A stretch of DNA of 43,828 bases from Basidiobolus meristosporus CBS 931.73 (taxonomy: Eukaryota; Fungi; Basidiobolomycota), in assembly GCA_002104905.1 (NCBI GenBank), contig MCFE01000702.1:1-43828 (forward strand), given 5' to 3'. Shown piece after piece: positions 1 to 13,200 of this stretch. The notes below the pieces were generated by a model. That model ran no database searches. It saw only the letters and a list, made by a program, of their open reading frames with translations, and had not been told where the DNA came from. The position numbers were made by a program, and so were the translations under genes. How positions within the stretch are numbered: the stretch's first letter is position 1; each line of letters opens with the position of its first letter.

Positions 1-1719
1 ATCGCACATGGCCATTATAAATCGCGGCAATTTGCTCGATAGTATTTAAATGGTCTTTTTCAACGCCTCTCTTCTGCTTATTATTTAGAATCGCCTAATC
101 ACTCATGCATCATGCTCAGGTCACTGTTAGGGCTAGAGTTAGAGTTGATCTGCATCAGTGATCTTCAGAAAAAAATAGTTTATATACTTGTCATCTCCAC
201 TTTGATATATGAGGGTTAGGATATGGAGCATTAGAGTAGAATCGAGCCCTTACAGTAAAGTATACTTTATCCATATATACTTTCGGCTGAGCCCTCTTTG
301 GCCTTGATATTATGTAGTGTGTGCTACTATTAAACAGCTAGGTATATTGAGCCTATCATCGATGTCAATTCAGGGTTAGTGTTCTTTGTAAATAAAGCTC
401 GATCCCACGATAATGTTAAAGTTTGAAGATAGTCATGGATTTGAGTAAATTAGGGGACATATATCTGTAGCACCAGTCCCTAAAGTCCAAGCATCCAAAC
501 AGGTAATATGAAGCACCACTCTATATTCAGTTAGTTGAATGTTTTACGATACAATGATTAGTAATAGTAAAACTCATTTAACTATATTAGAAGAGGTTGC
601 CCACTTCTTGGATTTTCTTCAACGTACCACGTCCATGATCATTTTACTATTCCTGGACTCCCTGCGATAGTGAGTAAGATTCAACCAAATAGGAAGGTAG
701 CGCGAATTTTGTATAGATTAGGTTTCTTCTTGGTGAATATCATTATTGATGGATAAACACCATCGAGGGCCCAATGGAGAAAGTGACATAGGAAGGGAGA
801 ATCTCCGGGTATTGTTTCATCAGCCTTCAAATCATGCATGTTGGAAACAATGTTGGTTTTTCTTTCTCAGCTAAACATATAGGTTGTCAGGTCATTAGGA
901 GAACTCTATTTGCTCCAACATAATCCGTCCAAGCACGGTCGTTACCATATTTTGGAGTAAATTGGTTATTCCTGTGTACGATTATGTTGCTGGTAAAGCC
1001 TTGACCCTTCACTCAGACCGACCCCAATCCTACATATAAATCTACCATTATCGGCATTTCCTAATCCAACCTCAAGTTTACGAATACCTCACCAATACTA
1101 CATGATATTAATAGAAGCCTCGCCGTTTTGCATATTGACTACTGAAGGTTGGTGCATGACAACACACTATGTGTGAACGGTTAAGCGGGAAAGATTGTGG
1201 CATACGTGCGGGGATGTTTCAAACTCAACGTCGAAGAGACTGCCGAAGACTATATATCGCTATTGTCTATCAGGGAAATAAGGAAATACATAATAGCCAA
1301 CTTGCATTTTCAAGATGAAATTTCTCCTTTTGGAGAATAGTTTCATCGAGATATTCCCGGACAGAGTGTTACGGAAGATTCAGGATGGCATCAAGATGAT
1401 TGCAAATTTGGGATTGGTTCGCGACTCCACACGCGAATATTCCTTCTAGAAATGAGTGGTAGGGAATTTGGAAAGCTGTACCTTAACAGAATTACCATAA
1501 GTGCTAAGCTTGATAGGTTATCTCGGCACCAGAGTGGTCGATATAGGCCTGGAAAGTAGACCTTGTATGAAGACGTTCCGCCGCCATCGCTTGACATCTC
1601 AATTCACATAAATATCCTTGTTCCCTGATCCAAGAATACAAATACCGAAGATATTTTCAACTCTATATTACTACCATTGTCGATTTTCTCGCCTTAATCA
1701 CATATACAATCACTCAACA

Positions 1720-3312
1720 ATGAGTCTTACGACTGCAGCTCCACAGAACCCCCAGACTACAGTCAACGGTACTGCTATGTTTGAAACATTCCATCAAACA
1801 CCCCACGGGGAGTTTCGAACTTCATTTTACAATCCGTTCGAAGTCAAACATCGCAAAAGAACAACGAGAACCCAGTTCACAGTCCTGGAAAAGGCATTCC
1901 AGGAAAATGCAAAACCAAATAGCGCCGTTCGTAAGGAGTTAGCGCAACAGCTAAATATGACTCCTCGCGGAGTCCAAGTATGGTTCCAAAACCGACGCGC
2001 CAAAGCTAAGAATCAAGGGAATAGCGCTCAGGCCGAATATTCAGAGAGCAGTGCTGACATCGGCCAAGACAACGCTTTCCTGCACACGAACTCGACAGAT
2101 TCAGGCCTTTTTGACCAACAACAGCCTCTCTTCGATCACTCTCTTGCACTTTCTCTCAACAATGAGCCACTGAACTTTTCTGGAGTGGGTTTGATGCCAA
2201 ATGACCTCAAACAGAACCCCATGCTATCCTCTAGAAGAAGATCCTTCACAAGATACTCCCCGCTCCCTCAGAACCCAAGAACTAAGCGATGCGGGTCTTT
2301 GAAGATTGCTACTTCTGACAGCTTGTATGATATTGAGGCCAACTACCAGCAAGCTCGCGCATCGAAGCGAAGCTACTCACTTGATGTGCCATCATTTCAT
2401 CTTATGCAAGGCAGCAAATCGGCTCCTTCTTCCGCCTACCCATCTGGCAGTGCTTCCCCCAGCTTCATTAGCGTCACTCCTGCCGATGATTTGGAAGATC
2501 TGCAAGACTTCCACCAGCTATCTGCTGTGTCACAGCCAGCTTCAAACGGACACCTTCTAACTCCGACTGAAGAGAACTTCCAACAAATGCTGCTTCAGAG
2601 CAACCTGGCGCCACCATATCCTAGCACGCGTCGAAACTCGTGTCCACCGGAATTCATTGCGTCATTTGATAGTATGAACTTCAGCTCACCTAACCCACAA
2701 CTGAGCACCATTGTGGAGGACGAGGGTTTGTACGTTGATCCACGCACTGACCTGACCACTAGCTATGACATGGGCCTCAAGCTCGAGGCAGACGGATTCC
2801 CGCATATCATGGAAACACCAGTCTCTGCCACCGGTTTGGATCTTTCACAGCCACTGCCACTGTCGGCATTACGGGCACACTCCACTGGTGGCGAATTGAT
2901 CAATCCGGCGTTGATCAGAGTTAACAAATCGGGACGTTTCAACAATCGAATGTGCTCCGAACCGATCATCCACACACCATTCAGCCAAGAATTGACCAAC
3001 GAGCTTGATATGCATTTGAACACCGGCCTCAATCAAGATTTTGCCCACGCACTCTCCCAAGCCTCCAATAACTCACTCTACGAGGACCTAGATTTCTCCG
3101 AGAATTATTTGGATCAATCGCTATTCTCGGCACCTGAGTCCGGGAAAGGAAGGACTAGAATCCCGAGCAAGAACTCCAAGATTTCTGAGAGTTTGGATTT
3201 CCTCAATTTTGATTTGGCCCCTGCCGCCATATCCCATGACCATTCGACGGCGATTTCCGCATGCTCCTCGCTTGACGACTGTCTTGACGGGGCTCTTTAC
3301 TTCAACGCCTAA
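1720..3312 (+). CDS. Homeodomain transcription factor (about 530 aa, intronless)
   Basis: ORF 1618..3312 starts at TTG; first ATG is 1720 (MSLTT). Homeodomain KHRKRTTRTQFTVLEKAFQENAKPNSAVRKELAQQLNMTPRGVQVWFQNRRAKAK with the WFQNRR recognition helix, followed by a long S/P-rich low-complexity tail. Confidence 0.92.
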   Translation: MSLTTAAPQNPQTTVNGTAMFETFHQTPHGEFRTSFYNPFEVKHRKRTTRTQFTVLEKAFQENAKPNSAVRKELAQQLNMTPRGVQVWFQNRRAKAKNQGNSAQAEYSESSADIGQDNAFLHTNSTDSGLFDQQQPLFDHSLALSLNNEPLNFSGVGLMPNDLKQNPMLSSRRRSFTRYSPLPQNPRTKRCGSLKIATSDSLYDIEANYQQARASKRSYSLDVPSFHLMQGSKSAPSSAYPSGSASPSFISVTPADDLEDLQDFHQLSAVSQPASNGHLLTPTEENFQQMLLQSNLAPPYPSTRRNSCPPEFIASFDSMNFSSPNPQLSTIVEDEGLYVDPRTDLTTSYDMGLKLEADGFPHIMETPVSATGLDLSQPLPLSALRAHSTGGELINPALIRVNKSGRFNNRMCSEPIIHTPFSQELTNELDMHLNTGLNQDFAHALSQASNNSLYEDLDFSENYLDQSLFSAPESGKGRTRIPSKNSKISESLDFLNFDLAPAAISHDHSTAISACSSLDDCLDGALYFNA

Positions 3313-4479
3313 GCAGACGCTTTGTAATATTGTCGAGCATCATTGTATTAATAGTACCACCGCGTTTCCGTTTCCTGTTTACTGTAATTACTTCATAAAA
3401 TCCCCCAATAAACTGCTTCCAAGAATCCACCGCCTCATCGGGCTCTAAATCGCCTATTGGCCGTCCTTTATCTTGATTCGTCAACCCTGAACAGAGTGCG
3501 TTTTCCAATGGAATAGTATAATAAATAGGTCTACGCAAGCGATAAACCAAGTGAAGACGGAACCAGGACAGCCGCTAATCTGGTCCGTGGGGTTTAATCT
3601 ATTTAAAGTAATTCGTCAGTGCGATTACTGCCGCCTTTGACGTCTAGTTGTTGTCAGTTGACTCATCCATGACACCAAATACCTACGATTCAACAAGGAT
3701 ACTGGCTTCTTTGGGTATTCCTCACTTCTCCTTTCTTGGTTAGCAAAGGATAGGGAACACTACAAGTGACGTCTGTGCCCGGGCGACAGATTGGTACAAG
3801 TCCGAGAAAAAGCACCGTTATGCGATTACACGTGAAAAATGCCCGATCATTTTGGGAATTCATTTAAACTCTCCATTCAAAAATCAACCAACCAATGGTG
3901 ATGCCAAGCCTAATGGACATTTTCGATAAATAACCGTAAAACTTATGGGGCTCTGCACGTAAATCCGGGAAGCCCATTTACTTATTTGAGAAAACCTATC
4001 CTTCGGATTTGGACGCGTCATCCTAATAGCCCAGGGTACTTGGTTTACCAGCTCATCATCTGTCAAAGACGAGTGCTATTTTTTTTTGGATGCCCGCTTT
4101 CGACCTCGAGAATAAGCTGTTCCTCAAATCATTTTATTTTCTATTAAACGTGCATGAAATCTTGATTCAGGAATGCCGATTGATAGGAGTCTAAACATGA
4201 TCTGGACAATTGATACCCAATCACGCCACGTATCTCGCTAATCCAATCGCCGCGTACGTCAGTTGCCATGTAACCATAACGCTGCGTCAATCTAACCACA
4301 ATAGCATTGGGTTTCATTGCTAGTAGTATGCCATCAGCAAGTGACCATGACAAACGAATACTTGCGCTACCTCCTCTCAACAAACCCTTCAATATTTGGT
4401 ATAATTGTCATCTGTATCAAACTTATTTGTCGAGTGGTGTCATATGATTGGCCAACTCACCGATGGATTCCTTTTTTGA

Positions 4480-6100
4480 CTCATACATCTCTGGCTCAAC
4501 TGCTACAAGTGCTCACGCCAAGGTTACTGGCCCAGGCTATGCGGGATTGCTAAGTTAGTGGCTCATAAAAGTGTAGGCCAACCTAAGATAATGGACTAGA
4601 ATAGTAGGCATACCCTAACCCTACTTTGGCAAAAGGTTGGAGCATTGCTCGTTCTTGTGGTCGAAGTTGCATTCATATCGGACCTCAAGCTTCTAATGGA
4701 CCAAGGTGTGCTTTTCATATAACCCCTTCTGATCAAGTTAAACCGTAGAACAATTATCTGGTAAACTCTATGGATGAAGTGATGAGCAAAGCATTACCTC
4801 AGAATTGCATGTGAATACCCAAGTCAAATCTTCAATTTTTTGGCGATGATTGATGTGAACACTAGTAACCGGATTTTGTGTTTTGCATACAAAGTAAAAG
4901 AGAGTGAATATAACTCAGGCCGTATGGCCCTTATTTTCATGCAGTGTACTTTTCTTATGACACTTACATGGAACTAAGCCATCTCTACTCAGGAATACGT
5001 ATACAGCATCAGTTTATACTTGGTCTACTAGTTGCCACCTAACAAACCAACGCATTTTGATAAACCCCACTATTGTAGAACTGGTGAAATAATTGATGTT
5101 GTTACAAACACTGTGCTAATACATAACTTCGAACATACTTGATTACAACTTTACACAACGTTTACGAAGCATTACCAAGTGCAAAAAGCCAGACAGGTGT
5201 TATGAATTATACCAAAGAAATATAGTAACAATAATCAAGTCAAAGAATTTGTTTGATATCAAATGATGGTAAGCTGACTTCAAGCTTAAATAGCTTGTAG
5301 AATACTTAATACTTGAAGAACTCAAAGGCACAAAGCACTAGTAAATGTTGTACAAATGATATTATTAAAAATCCTCAACTGAATATCACAAAGTCAGAAT
5401 TGGTTTTCCATCAATACTATAGCTACTTTTATGCATTTATAATGCCTTTGGTCAATGTCTTGGATATAAGTTAACTTGGATGATCGTTTTTTTTGAATTT
5501 CACAGAGTACTGAGCTTGAGAAAGCAAAAAGAACGTACTACTAGTCTCTGAAGCATGCACATGATCTAGAGCTTATAAGTTGCACTTATTTGTGGATATA
5601 ACTGAATTTGTCATAAGTTTTGTATTTGCACCTAAGTATATATTGTAAAAGGTTTGAAGATGATGGAAGCTTAGGAACATTCCTCTTTGTCAGGATATAC
5701 TTATAACATCAAAGTTCGTTGAGATATCCAAAACCCATAAACCCAGAACACATGTTTTTGGGATTCTCCTAAACAACCTCTACATGTATGTTCAGCCCAG
5801 ACTTTGGTGAGTATATTAACACTTTTATATTCAATGAATTATCAAGTGAAGACCATGTAATATACTGGTCCTCTCAATCACTTCCCATTCCTCCAAAACT
5901 CTCACAACAGATACAAATTAGATATATATATGATCAGAGCTTTGTAACAGCACTGACACGAGTGTTTTGACCTAAACCACATTACTTCCCTACTTACAAT
6001 ATTCAATAGTTTAATCACGTATAAACTCCTACTTGTACTGCCAGTACACAGTGCCCAACCCTATTGTTTAGTGAGGCTTAAGCGTTGCTTCTCACTAAGA
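4480..6100 (+). mobile_element. Highly degenerate retroelement-like relic (AT-rich, CpG-poor)
   Basis: 4501-4542 reads CYKCSRQGYWPRLC, a CX2CX4HX4C zinc knuckle with H replaced by Y. The rest has no long ORF and few CG dinucleotides. Boundaries approximate. Confidence 0.35.
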
Positions 6101-6292
6101 ATGGTTGGTAGAAATGGTCAAGATGTACTTATTCAAATTTGGAAGCGGGTAAAACAAAACATAAAACTGTAGGCTTCAGCATTCCAGCCAGTTCATGAAC
6201 ATGCTCATTACGATAGGTTGAGTAGTATGTATAAATGGGCTTTATTGGACACTGGACAGTAGGTAGGGAATCCAGAGTAAACATAATCCACT

Positions 6293-6776
6293 TTAACGGT
6301 AGGACTTTTGGTATCTGGCACGAGCACCTGGACCTCCGAACTTCTTGGGTTCGCAGCGTCTGGGATCAGCAACGAGCAAGGTTCTGTCATAGGCGACGAG
6401 CTTCTCCTTGATTTCCTTCTTGGAAGCCTCATCGACAAACTTTTGATAGAAGGCAACGATGGCCTTGGCAATAGCTTGACGGATGGCATAGATTTGGGAA
6501 GTGTGACCACCACCACGAACGCGAACTCTGATGTCAACGTCGGCGAATTTGTCTTCACCCAAGATGAGGATGGGTTCGTAGACCTTGAACTTGAGGATTT
6601 CGGGTTCAACAAGCTCAATGGGAGAACCGTTAATACGGATCATACCCTTTCCACGCTTGCAGAAAGCAACGGCGGTAGCGGTTTTCTACAAAGAATCACG
6701 ATGAGCACACATTCAACGGAAATACTGTATCGGGTGTTCAGCGTACCTTGCGACCGAAAGTTTGAACAGCCTCCAT
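6293..6776 (-). CDS. RPS16: 40S ribosomal protein S16 (uS9), 140 aa, 2 exons
   Basis: Exon 1 6776-6747 ([10 protein letters not shown]), GT-AG intron 6746-6686, exon 2 6685-6293 ([14 protein letters not shown]...[17 protein letters not shown]...[23 protein letters not shown]). Confidence 0.98.
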
Positions 6777-6950
6777 TTTAACACTGCAAATAACCGTGAA
6801 TTAGTCGAGTGGTTCTAACGGATGGATTCTACAACTTAATAGATGTGATACCTCGTCACAAAGCAAATGAACGGAGTTCAGAAGAGAAAGAACGATTTCT
6901 GTAGATTGGGGGAACTTTTGACCTATCGAAGGAACCCGCTGTTTCTTCCA

Positions 6951-6959
6951 ATCACGTGA
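6951..6959. promoter_or_regulatory. ATCACGTGA E-box (Cbf1/USF-type) in the RPS16 / OSH3-like divergent promoter
   Basis: Perfect RTCACGTGA about 175 bp upstream of the RPS16 ATG. A single motif, so a chance occurrence cannot be excluded. Confidence 0.4.
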
Positions 6960-7236
6960 GAGTTTTTTTTGATCCAATCCTCTGGTAAATTGGCCTAACG
7001 TTAACCATCAGGTTGGCCGAAGTTGTGCCGATATTTGTGCGGACATTTGTGTGGAATGGTCAGGAACCATGATTAGAGACACTACATACTAATTTGGTCG
7101 CCATCGCATTGGGTCGGGGTTATTGGCCAATTCGTTCCTCGGATCACACGTGCCGTATATCCCTACTACATATACTTTAAACGCCAAGCATTTAAGCCAG
7201 CTTACGTTGTCTGTTGTATCTATCGAGTGCGCTGAA

Positions 7237-10198
7237 ATGCAAGAGATAGAGGTTCCCCCAAGAGATATATTTCAACATTACATCTATGTTGACCAAAAAG
7301 GAAAAAACCTTCTGTGGTACTTTTCAACGAAAAGAAAGAACATTTCCTTTGGTCTTTACTATCGGAGAGAGCCGGTGACCTCATCCACCGATCTCTTTGT
7401 TGCGTCCTCTTCCCATTCAGTCAAATCTGTGAAGACCGGGAGTGGTGCTAATCATGCTGCCAATTCTTCCGTCTCAGATAACGCTGACTGCGAACTAGGC
7501 GATGATAATACATCCATACTTAGCCTGCAGGATTCACAGAATCCTGCCCCAATACGCAAATCGTCCATTTTCATGGCCGTAAAAGATCCTAACCTTATTG
7601 AAATAATCCCCGTTGGTCACTACGAGTCTTCCAAAACGACCATAAAAGGCTCCTATCTGGTGCAGGAGCCAGGAACATACGTTCTGTGTTTTGGTAGGCC
7701 TGCCTCAACCCTGGATCCAGTTGTACATGATATTTACCCTCCAAAACATAGATAACTCCTTCTCCCGCAACACGTCGAAGAAGTTGACGTTTTTTGTTGG
7801 TCTCAAAGATGGTATGGACTCTAATGGAATTGGCTCGTCTCGGACGAATATTCATGTTTCTCGCATAGGCCCGGAGGAAAAGAAGAACGAGCCCGAAATT
7901 AGTGGCTGGCTTCTCAAAAAGAAAAGAAAGAAGATGCAAGGTCGGTGCCAAGTGATACTTGTGTTCGCGTGAATTGGCACTAAACGATAAGCTTCTATTT
8001 GAAACCAACCAGGTTGGGCTAAACGCTGGGTACAAATTGACAAGGGCGTGTTGTCTTATTTCAAAAGCCCACAAAGCTTCTGCCGCGGATCCATTCAAAT
8101 ACCGCTCTCGGTCATCTATGTCGTCCCAGGGCACAGAATCATCAATATCGATAGTGGGTCCTGTCTATACAGTTTGAGGGCACTGAATACTGAGGATTTT
8201 GAGTTGTGGATGAATGTTATAAAGAAGTACTCCAAGCAGACAGGTGACGAACCCGCTGGTGACAGCTCACCACACGATACATCCAACCCGGTCAGATCAG
8301 GCAACCCTGGCCTTCGTGTTTCGACGTTACGTCAAGAGGCCAACAACTCCGAACCATCACCATCTTACAGCAAAGGAAAAGAAGTATACAACTCACTGCT
8401 GTCACAGTTGAGTGATGCTAGAGTTTGTATTAATTCCATCAAGGACTCGCTCCAGGGAGATTCATCCACGGCGCCTGTACCTGGTAACACCGGTAGAAGC
8501 TGACTGCAGTTTGCACTTATTGTTGTTTGCATGGAACTTATGCTCATCTCCATTTTAGGTGATATCGCAGGGAATACCATCTCTCCTCCACCCACAACTC
8601 TAAGCTTGGTCGAACAGTTGGAAAGCTGCTTGATGAACATTGACTTGAGAGCCAGCTCTCTAAGTCAACTTTTATTCGATGAATCCAGTAGAAACGCATC
8701 TTTAGAATCAGCCGTAGCGAATCTCACTCAAGAGAACGACAGTCTCAAGGGAGCCACTGGCGATACCGAGAGCAACGTCTCTTCTGGTAAACGGAACAGC
8801 CGTCCATTGTCCATTGCCTCTTCCGCCGCTACTGGTGAAGACGAATTCTTCGATGCCACTGAAATCATCATATCAGAGGATGTTTCGGGAGATGACCACG
8901 CGTGCGCCGGCGATTCCTCTCAAGTTGACGACGACGACGATGATGATGATGATGATGACGATGATGACGCGAGTTTCTTCGAGACTCTGAGTCCACCCAA
9001 TCCTCAAGACTCAGCAGTGATCCACCTCCACAATCTCAAGGATTCATCACAAATAGTGCGTCGACGCAGAGCGCTTCCCTCACCCATATCAGGGCCTGAT
9101 ATCAGCATCATATCCATTCTCCGTAAGAATGTTGGCAAAGATCTATCCTCGGTGGCAATGCCTGTTGGTCTGAATGAGCCTTTGAACTTGTTACAGCGGC
9201 TCTGTGAGGAATTGGAATACAGTGAACTGCTTGACAAGGCCTCGGATGCATCCGACTCTATTAATCGCTTGGCATATGTTGCAGCATTTGCGCTATCCGC
9301 CTATGCATCTACCCAAGCTCGAACTGGCCGGAAGCCATTCAATCCACTTCTAGGCGAAACGTACGAGTGCGTTAGACCAGACAAAGGGTTTAGGTTCATC
9401 TCGGAAAAGGTGTCCCACCATCCACCGATCATGGCCTGCTACGCTGAATCGGCCAATTACAAATTCTGGCAAGACTCTAGCATCAAAAGCAAATTCTGGG
9501 GGAAGTCCATGGAGATGGTTCCTGAGGGAACTGTCCACATTGAGCTAACAAAGCATAACGAGCATTATACTTACACCAAGCCCTCTACCTGGGTGCGTAA
9601 CATGCTTGCAGGCACTCGCTATTTGGAGCACTCGGGGGATGTACGCATCACCAACCATACGACCAAGGAATACTGCGTGTTGACCTTCAAGGAAGGGGGA
9701 TTCTTCAAGTCCTCCAACAATGAAATACAAGCCGTAATCCATGATGCACAAGGAAAGGCCGTAAGCACATTCAGTGGCCAGTGGGACCAAGCCTTCTGGA
9801 GTGAGCTTGGAGGAAATAAGCTGGAAATCATCTGGCACGCTCATCCCCCGCTACCAAACGCTGCAGAATACTTTGGCTTTACTCAGTTTGCTATAGAGTT
9901 GAACGAGATCACCCCAGACATTGCTGACAAGATCCCACTTTCTGATACACGCTATCGCCCTGATCAGCGACTCTTTGAACAGGGCAAGGTGGATGAAGCC
10001 GACGAGGAGAAACTGCGCTTAGAACAAATGCAACGGGAACGCAGAAAACAGATGGAGGCCGCCGGCGAGGTATGGTCACCTCAATGGTTCGAGAGGAAGG
10101 CGAACCCCTACTCAGAAGAAGAATCATGGGTGTATTCGGGAGGCTATTGGGAGGCAAGGGCAACAGGTGTTCCCCCGTCCAAGGTGAAGCTTTGGTAG
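7237..10198 (+). CDS. OSH3: Oxysterol-binding protein-related protein, Osh3 type (GOLD-PH-FFAT-ORD)
   Basis: ATG 7237 (MQEIEVPPRDIF..., GOLD-like with WYFSTKRKNISFGLY and GTYVLCFDNSFS). Introns 7694-7751, probably 7812-7868, 7941-8012, and 8484 (or 8493)-8558. PH domain GWLLKKKRKKMQGWAKRW...LSYF; FFAT EFFDATE at 8843-8863; ORD signature EKVSHHPP and KPFNPLLGETYE; stop at 10198. Confidence 0.93.
8927..8968 (+). repeat. (GAY)14 coding microsatellite encoding poly-Asp
   Basis: gacgacgacgacgatgatgatgatgatgatgacgatgatgac, in frame within the OSBP gene. Confidence 0.95.
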
Positions 10199-11037
10199 AT
10201 GATAGTAGGCGCTTTGTTATCCACCCCATCGGGAAGCTATGGCAATCTATCAATATTACCAATGTTGGCGAGATGTGTTTATTGGAACAGCGAATGTTAA
10301 CCTGGACCAAAGGTAATATTACATCACACAACTATAGATACTCGCAGGCTGTTCCGCTGTCACCCCAAATGTTGATATTGTGTTCTCAGTGTGTAAATAA
10401 ATGACCTCTACCAAGAGGTTAGATATTTTATTCCCTATTCCCTCGAGAAGTCCAGCTAGCCACCACCATTCTAAGCAATTGAAACAACGCCGCCAATATT
10501 GCCGAAACGAACCATGAATAGTGAGGTGGTTAGGGGGAGGGTTAGGGTTATACAGGAGCCTCACCCCCAACGAAACACAAGTCATTGTTGTCCATACAAG
10601 TCGACCAATGCCACTGGTCGGCCCGAGCCAATCAGAGCTAGCGAGTTGTTATTGACAGAAATCGAGGAAATGGCTATGCTATATATACATCACGCATTCT
10701 TTACTTGGCAATCGCTTTGAAACCAATCAATTCATCACCCCTAAGTTGGCATGGAAAACACGTACAGTTTACGCGATTAGGTCTCTTCTACACCTGGTGG
10801 CCTCTATCTTGAATAAAATTGAGGAATTTGCAGCTTACCAGAATAGGCTCGATATCAAGGATGCACTGTTTGTTTACTACTTGATCTGATTGACAGATCG
10901 TTCAGGTCGGATTCTATATGTGCTCATTTCCTTATTTAGTCCTCATCCTCTTCCCAAGTCATAAAACTACCCTCCTCGCCGCCAACTCTAGCACCCTTCG
11001 TATATTCAGCAAAAATTCCTCCCTTACCTAACACGCA

Positions 11038-12640
11038 ATGTCAACCCAAACCACCCCGTTCTTTATGTTGATGCATAAGGGGGAGAGGAAGCCGAAGAAG
11101 CACTTGGGCGTGTTGGAAATAAAGCCGTGCCAAGGCCGAGGCTTGCGTGTGGTTCAAAAAATCGGCAAGCAGGATCCTTATATCTCAGTAGAGTATGGTG
11201 TCCGCAGCCAGCGCTCCAAGGCAGATAAAAACGGTGGGCAGAAGCCTCGCTGGGAGGACGTCTTTAAGTTTGATATCTTCGAAGGAGATACCGAGGTTAG
11301 AATTTATTGTTTGGACCAGAACTTACGCGACAGCTCCTTGATTGGCCAGCGTGCTATAGACTTCGCTCCAGCGTTAAAGAGCTATCAGTGGGATGGTAAG
11401 TTTCTTCCAGTTGGGCTTTGGTTCAACCCGTCAGACTTACAGTCTAGTGCATAGGTTGGTTTGGATTGACATTCCAAGGGGTTCCGGCTGGCGATGTTTA
11501 TTTCGAGTTCACCTACTACCCTGAGGTACATATCTGGCCGCAATTACCGTTCAGCCTCAGCCTTTGCTAACGCTTTATGTAGGGTGGTATTCCAAAGCCA
11601 AATAGCCCCTCGAAGCCCGCCGTACATAGAATCTCACTAACTCCGACGGAGATTCTTGATCAAATGAAAGAGGCTGAAGATGCTCTACCACCTCTTGACA
11701 ATCCTACACCCAGCGCGGAACCCAAGCTAGACTCCGATTCAAATGCACCTCCGAAGGGCTCCTCTTTGGAAGCTCCTGCTGAAGCCGTGGGAGTTGAGGC
11801 GAAAATTCCAAACTTCAACAGCCCTCTTCACTCCAAACTTCAACATAGTTACACCAGCGCAACCCTGCCAATTCATGAAAGACATCTCCATGACCCTAGG
11901 ATCAACCATATGCGTAGTTTCATTCATCGAAATTCCGAGCCAACTATCCAGCCTACTGGCCATTTCTACTCCCCGCCGGAGGGTAGCTTTTTCCCTGAAA
12001 GCTCGCCGTTGCCTTTGCCTGACAGACGAGTGTCCACCTCGGAGATGGAGTGCTCTCGCCCCAAGCCACAGGCTCCTGAACAAAAAGCACCTATTCGAAC
12101 GGTGGCGGACAGGCGAAAATCCAAACTAATTGGTCCAAGAAGGGCTAATTCCACACCAGAGGTATTTTGTTATTGCACGACCAACCAGCGAAATCACTTA
12201 GTTACGCTTTTGCCATAGATCCACAGCGCTAGCATTCCCAGAAAGGATGATATCTCCCCGTCCAAGGTATGTGTTTCTTATGTACCCCCCCCTTTAACCC
12301 TCATCTTACCGTCATGAATCCACAGCCCCCTCGCGAAGCTTTCCCTTCCATGCAGGAGCATCGACACAGCGTTTCTTATTTTTCAGAGGTACTTTTCCTA
12401 CCACACTCGATAACAAACTTCTGCTTTTGCTAACCCAAGTGCCAGTCTCACCACATGCGTGGCTATCCAACACCCTACGAAAGCTGGGGCTTTGGCCATA
12501 TCCCGTGCAGCCCGTTCCCACCTCCGCCACCAGGAGCAGAGTATCCGGTGAGCCCGCCCTTCATGATGTCACCCCATATGTACTCAGAGCCAGCGTACTT
12601 CGATTATGGCGCCGATGCCACACCAACGGATTGTCGCTAG
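11038..12640 (+). CDS. Inn1/Fic1-like cytokinesis C2-domain protein with Pro-rich tail, 6 exons
   Basis: C2 motifs GKQDPYI, KADKNGGQKPRWEDVFKF, SLIGQRAIDFAPALK and WFGLTFQGVPAGDVYFEFTYY fit the fungal Inn1-like C2 pattern. Exons 11038-11395, 11455-11525, 11583-12161, 12219-12266, 12326-12388, 12446-12640 splice in frame with GT-AG. C-terminal PxxP run PFPPPPP. Confidence 0.85.
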
Positions 12641-13200
12641 AATAGCAGCCGTAACTACAAGAATTATCCATATCGTTTCAATATGTACTATATTACCTAT
12701 CCTTAATAAACCACTTGAATCACGTGGCTCAGTCCAGACATAGAATGTGTTAGGCAATGTTTATATTTAACGCTTGGATAATGCTTGAAATTTTGAAATT
12801 CATCATAGCCGTTGATCTGAAGGGGTCGACTGTAAACTGAGGTAGGGGGAGGTGTTACGTCAAGGCCAATGACTTGATTTCCCTGCGCTAACCATCCATC
12901 CATGTACGATGGAATATTACCGCTAAACCAGATCAAAATCCTTTTACGCTCTTTAGCTTGACACAGGTTCATAACTTATAAAGCTTTATTGTATTACTAA
13001 ATTCATATATTTATATATACATTTTGATATATTCCCACTTGCAATTCCACTGCACTTCCATCGTCTCTACAGCGAGTCTTCATCCGAGTCCCTTAATTGC
13101 CTCTGATCCTATAAACCGCCTATATCCACCATTTGTAGGAGGTTTTGTACATTTACATCATCTGTTTCCGCCCAGTGACGACCTTCGTTTCGATATAAAC

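Noticed and set aside
120-380. TTAGGG-like words (also at 10531-10550) as telomeric or interstitial telomere repeats
   Set aside because: Isolated degenerate words, never a tandem array.
3638-3773. Two TGACGTC CRE-like sites and nearby CCAAT words
   Set aside because: No downstream gene could be assigned to them, and such short motifs arise by chance.
6208-6781. 157-aa (+) and 136-aa (-) ORFs overlapping RPS16, and the equivalent plus-strand ORFs over both RPS22 copies
   Set aside because: Shadow frames produced by the biased codon use of highly expressed ribosomal protein genes.
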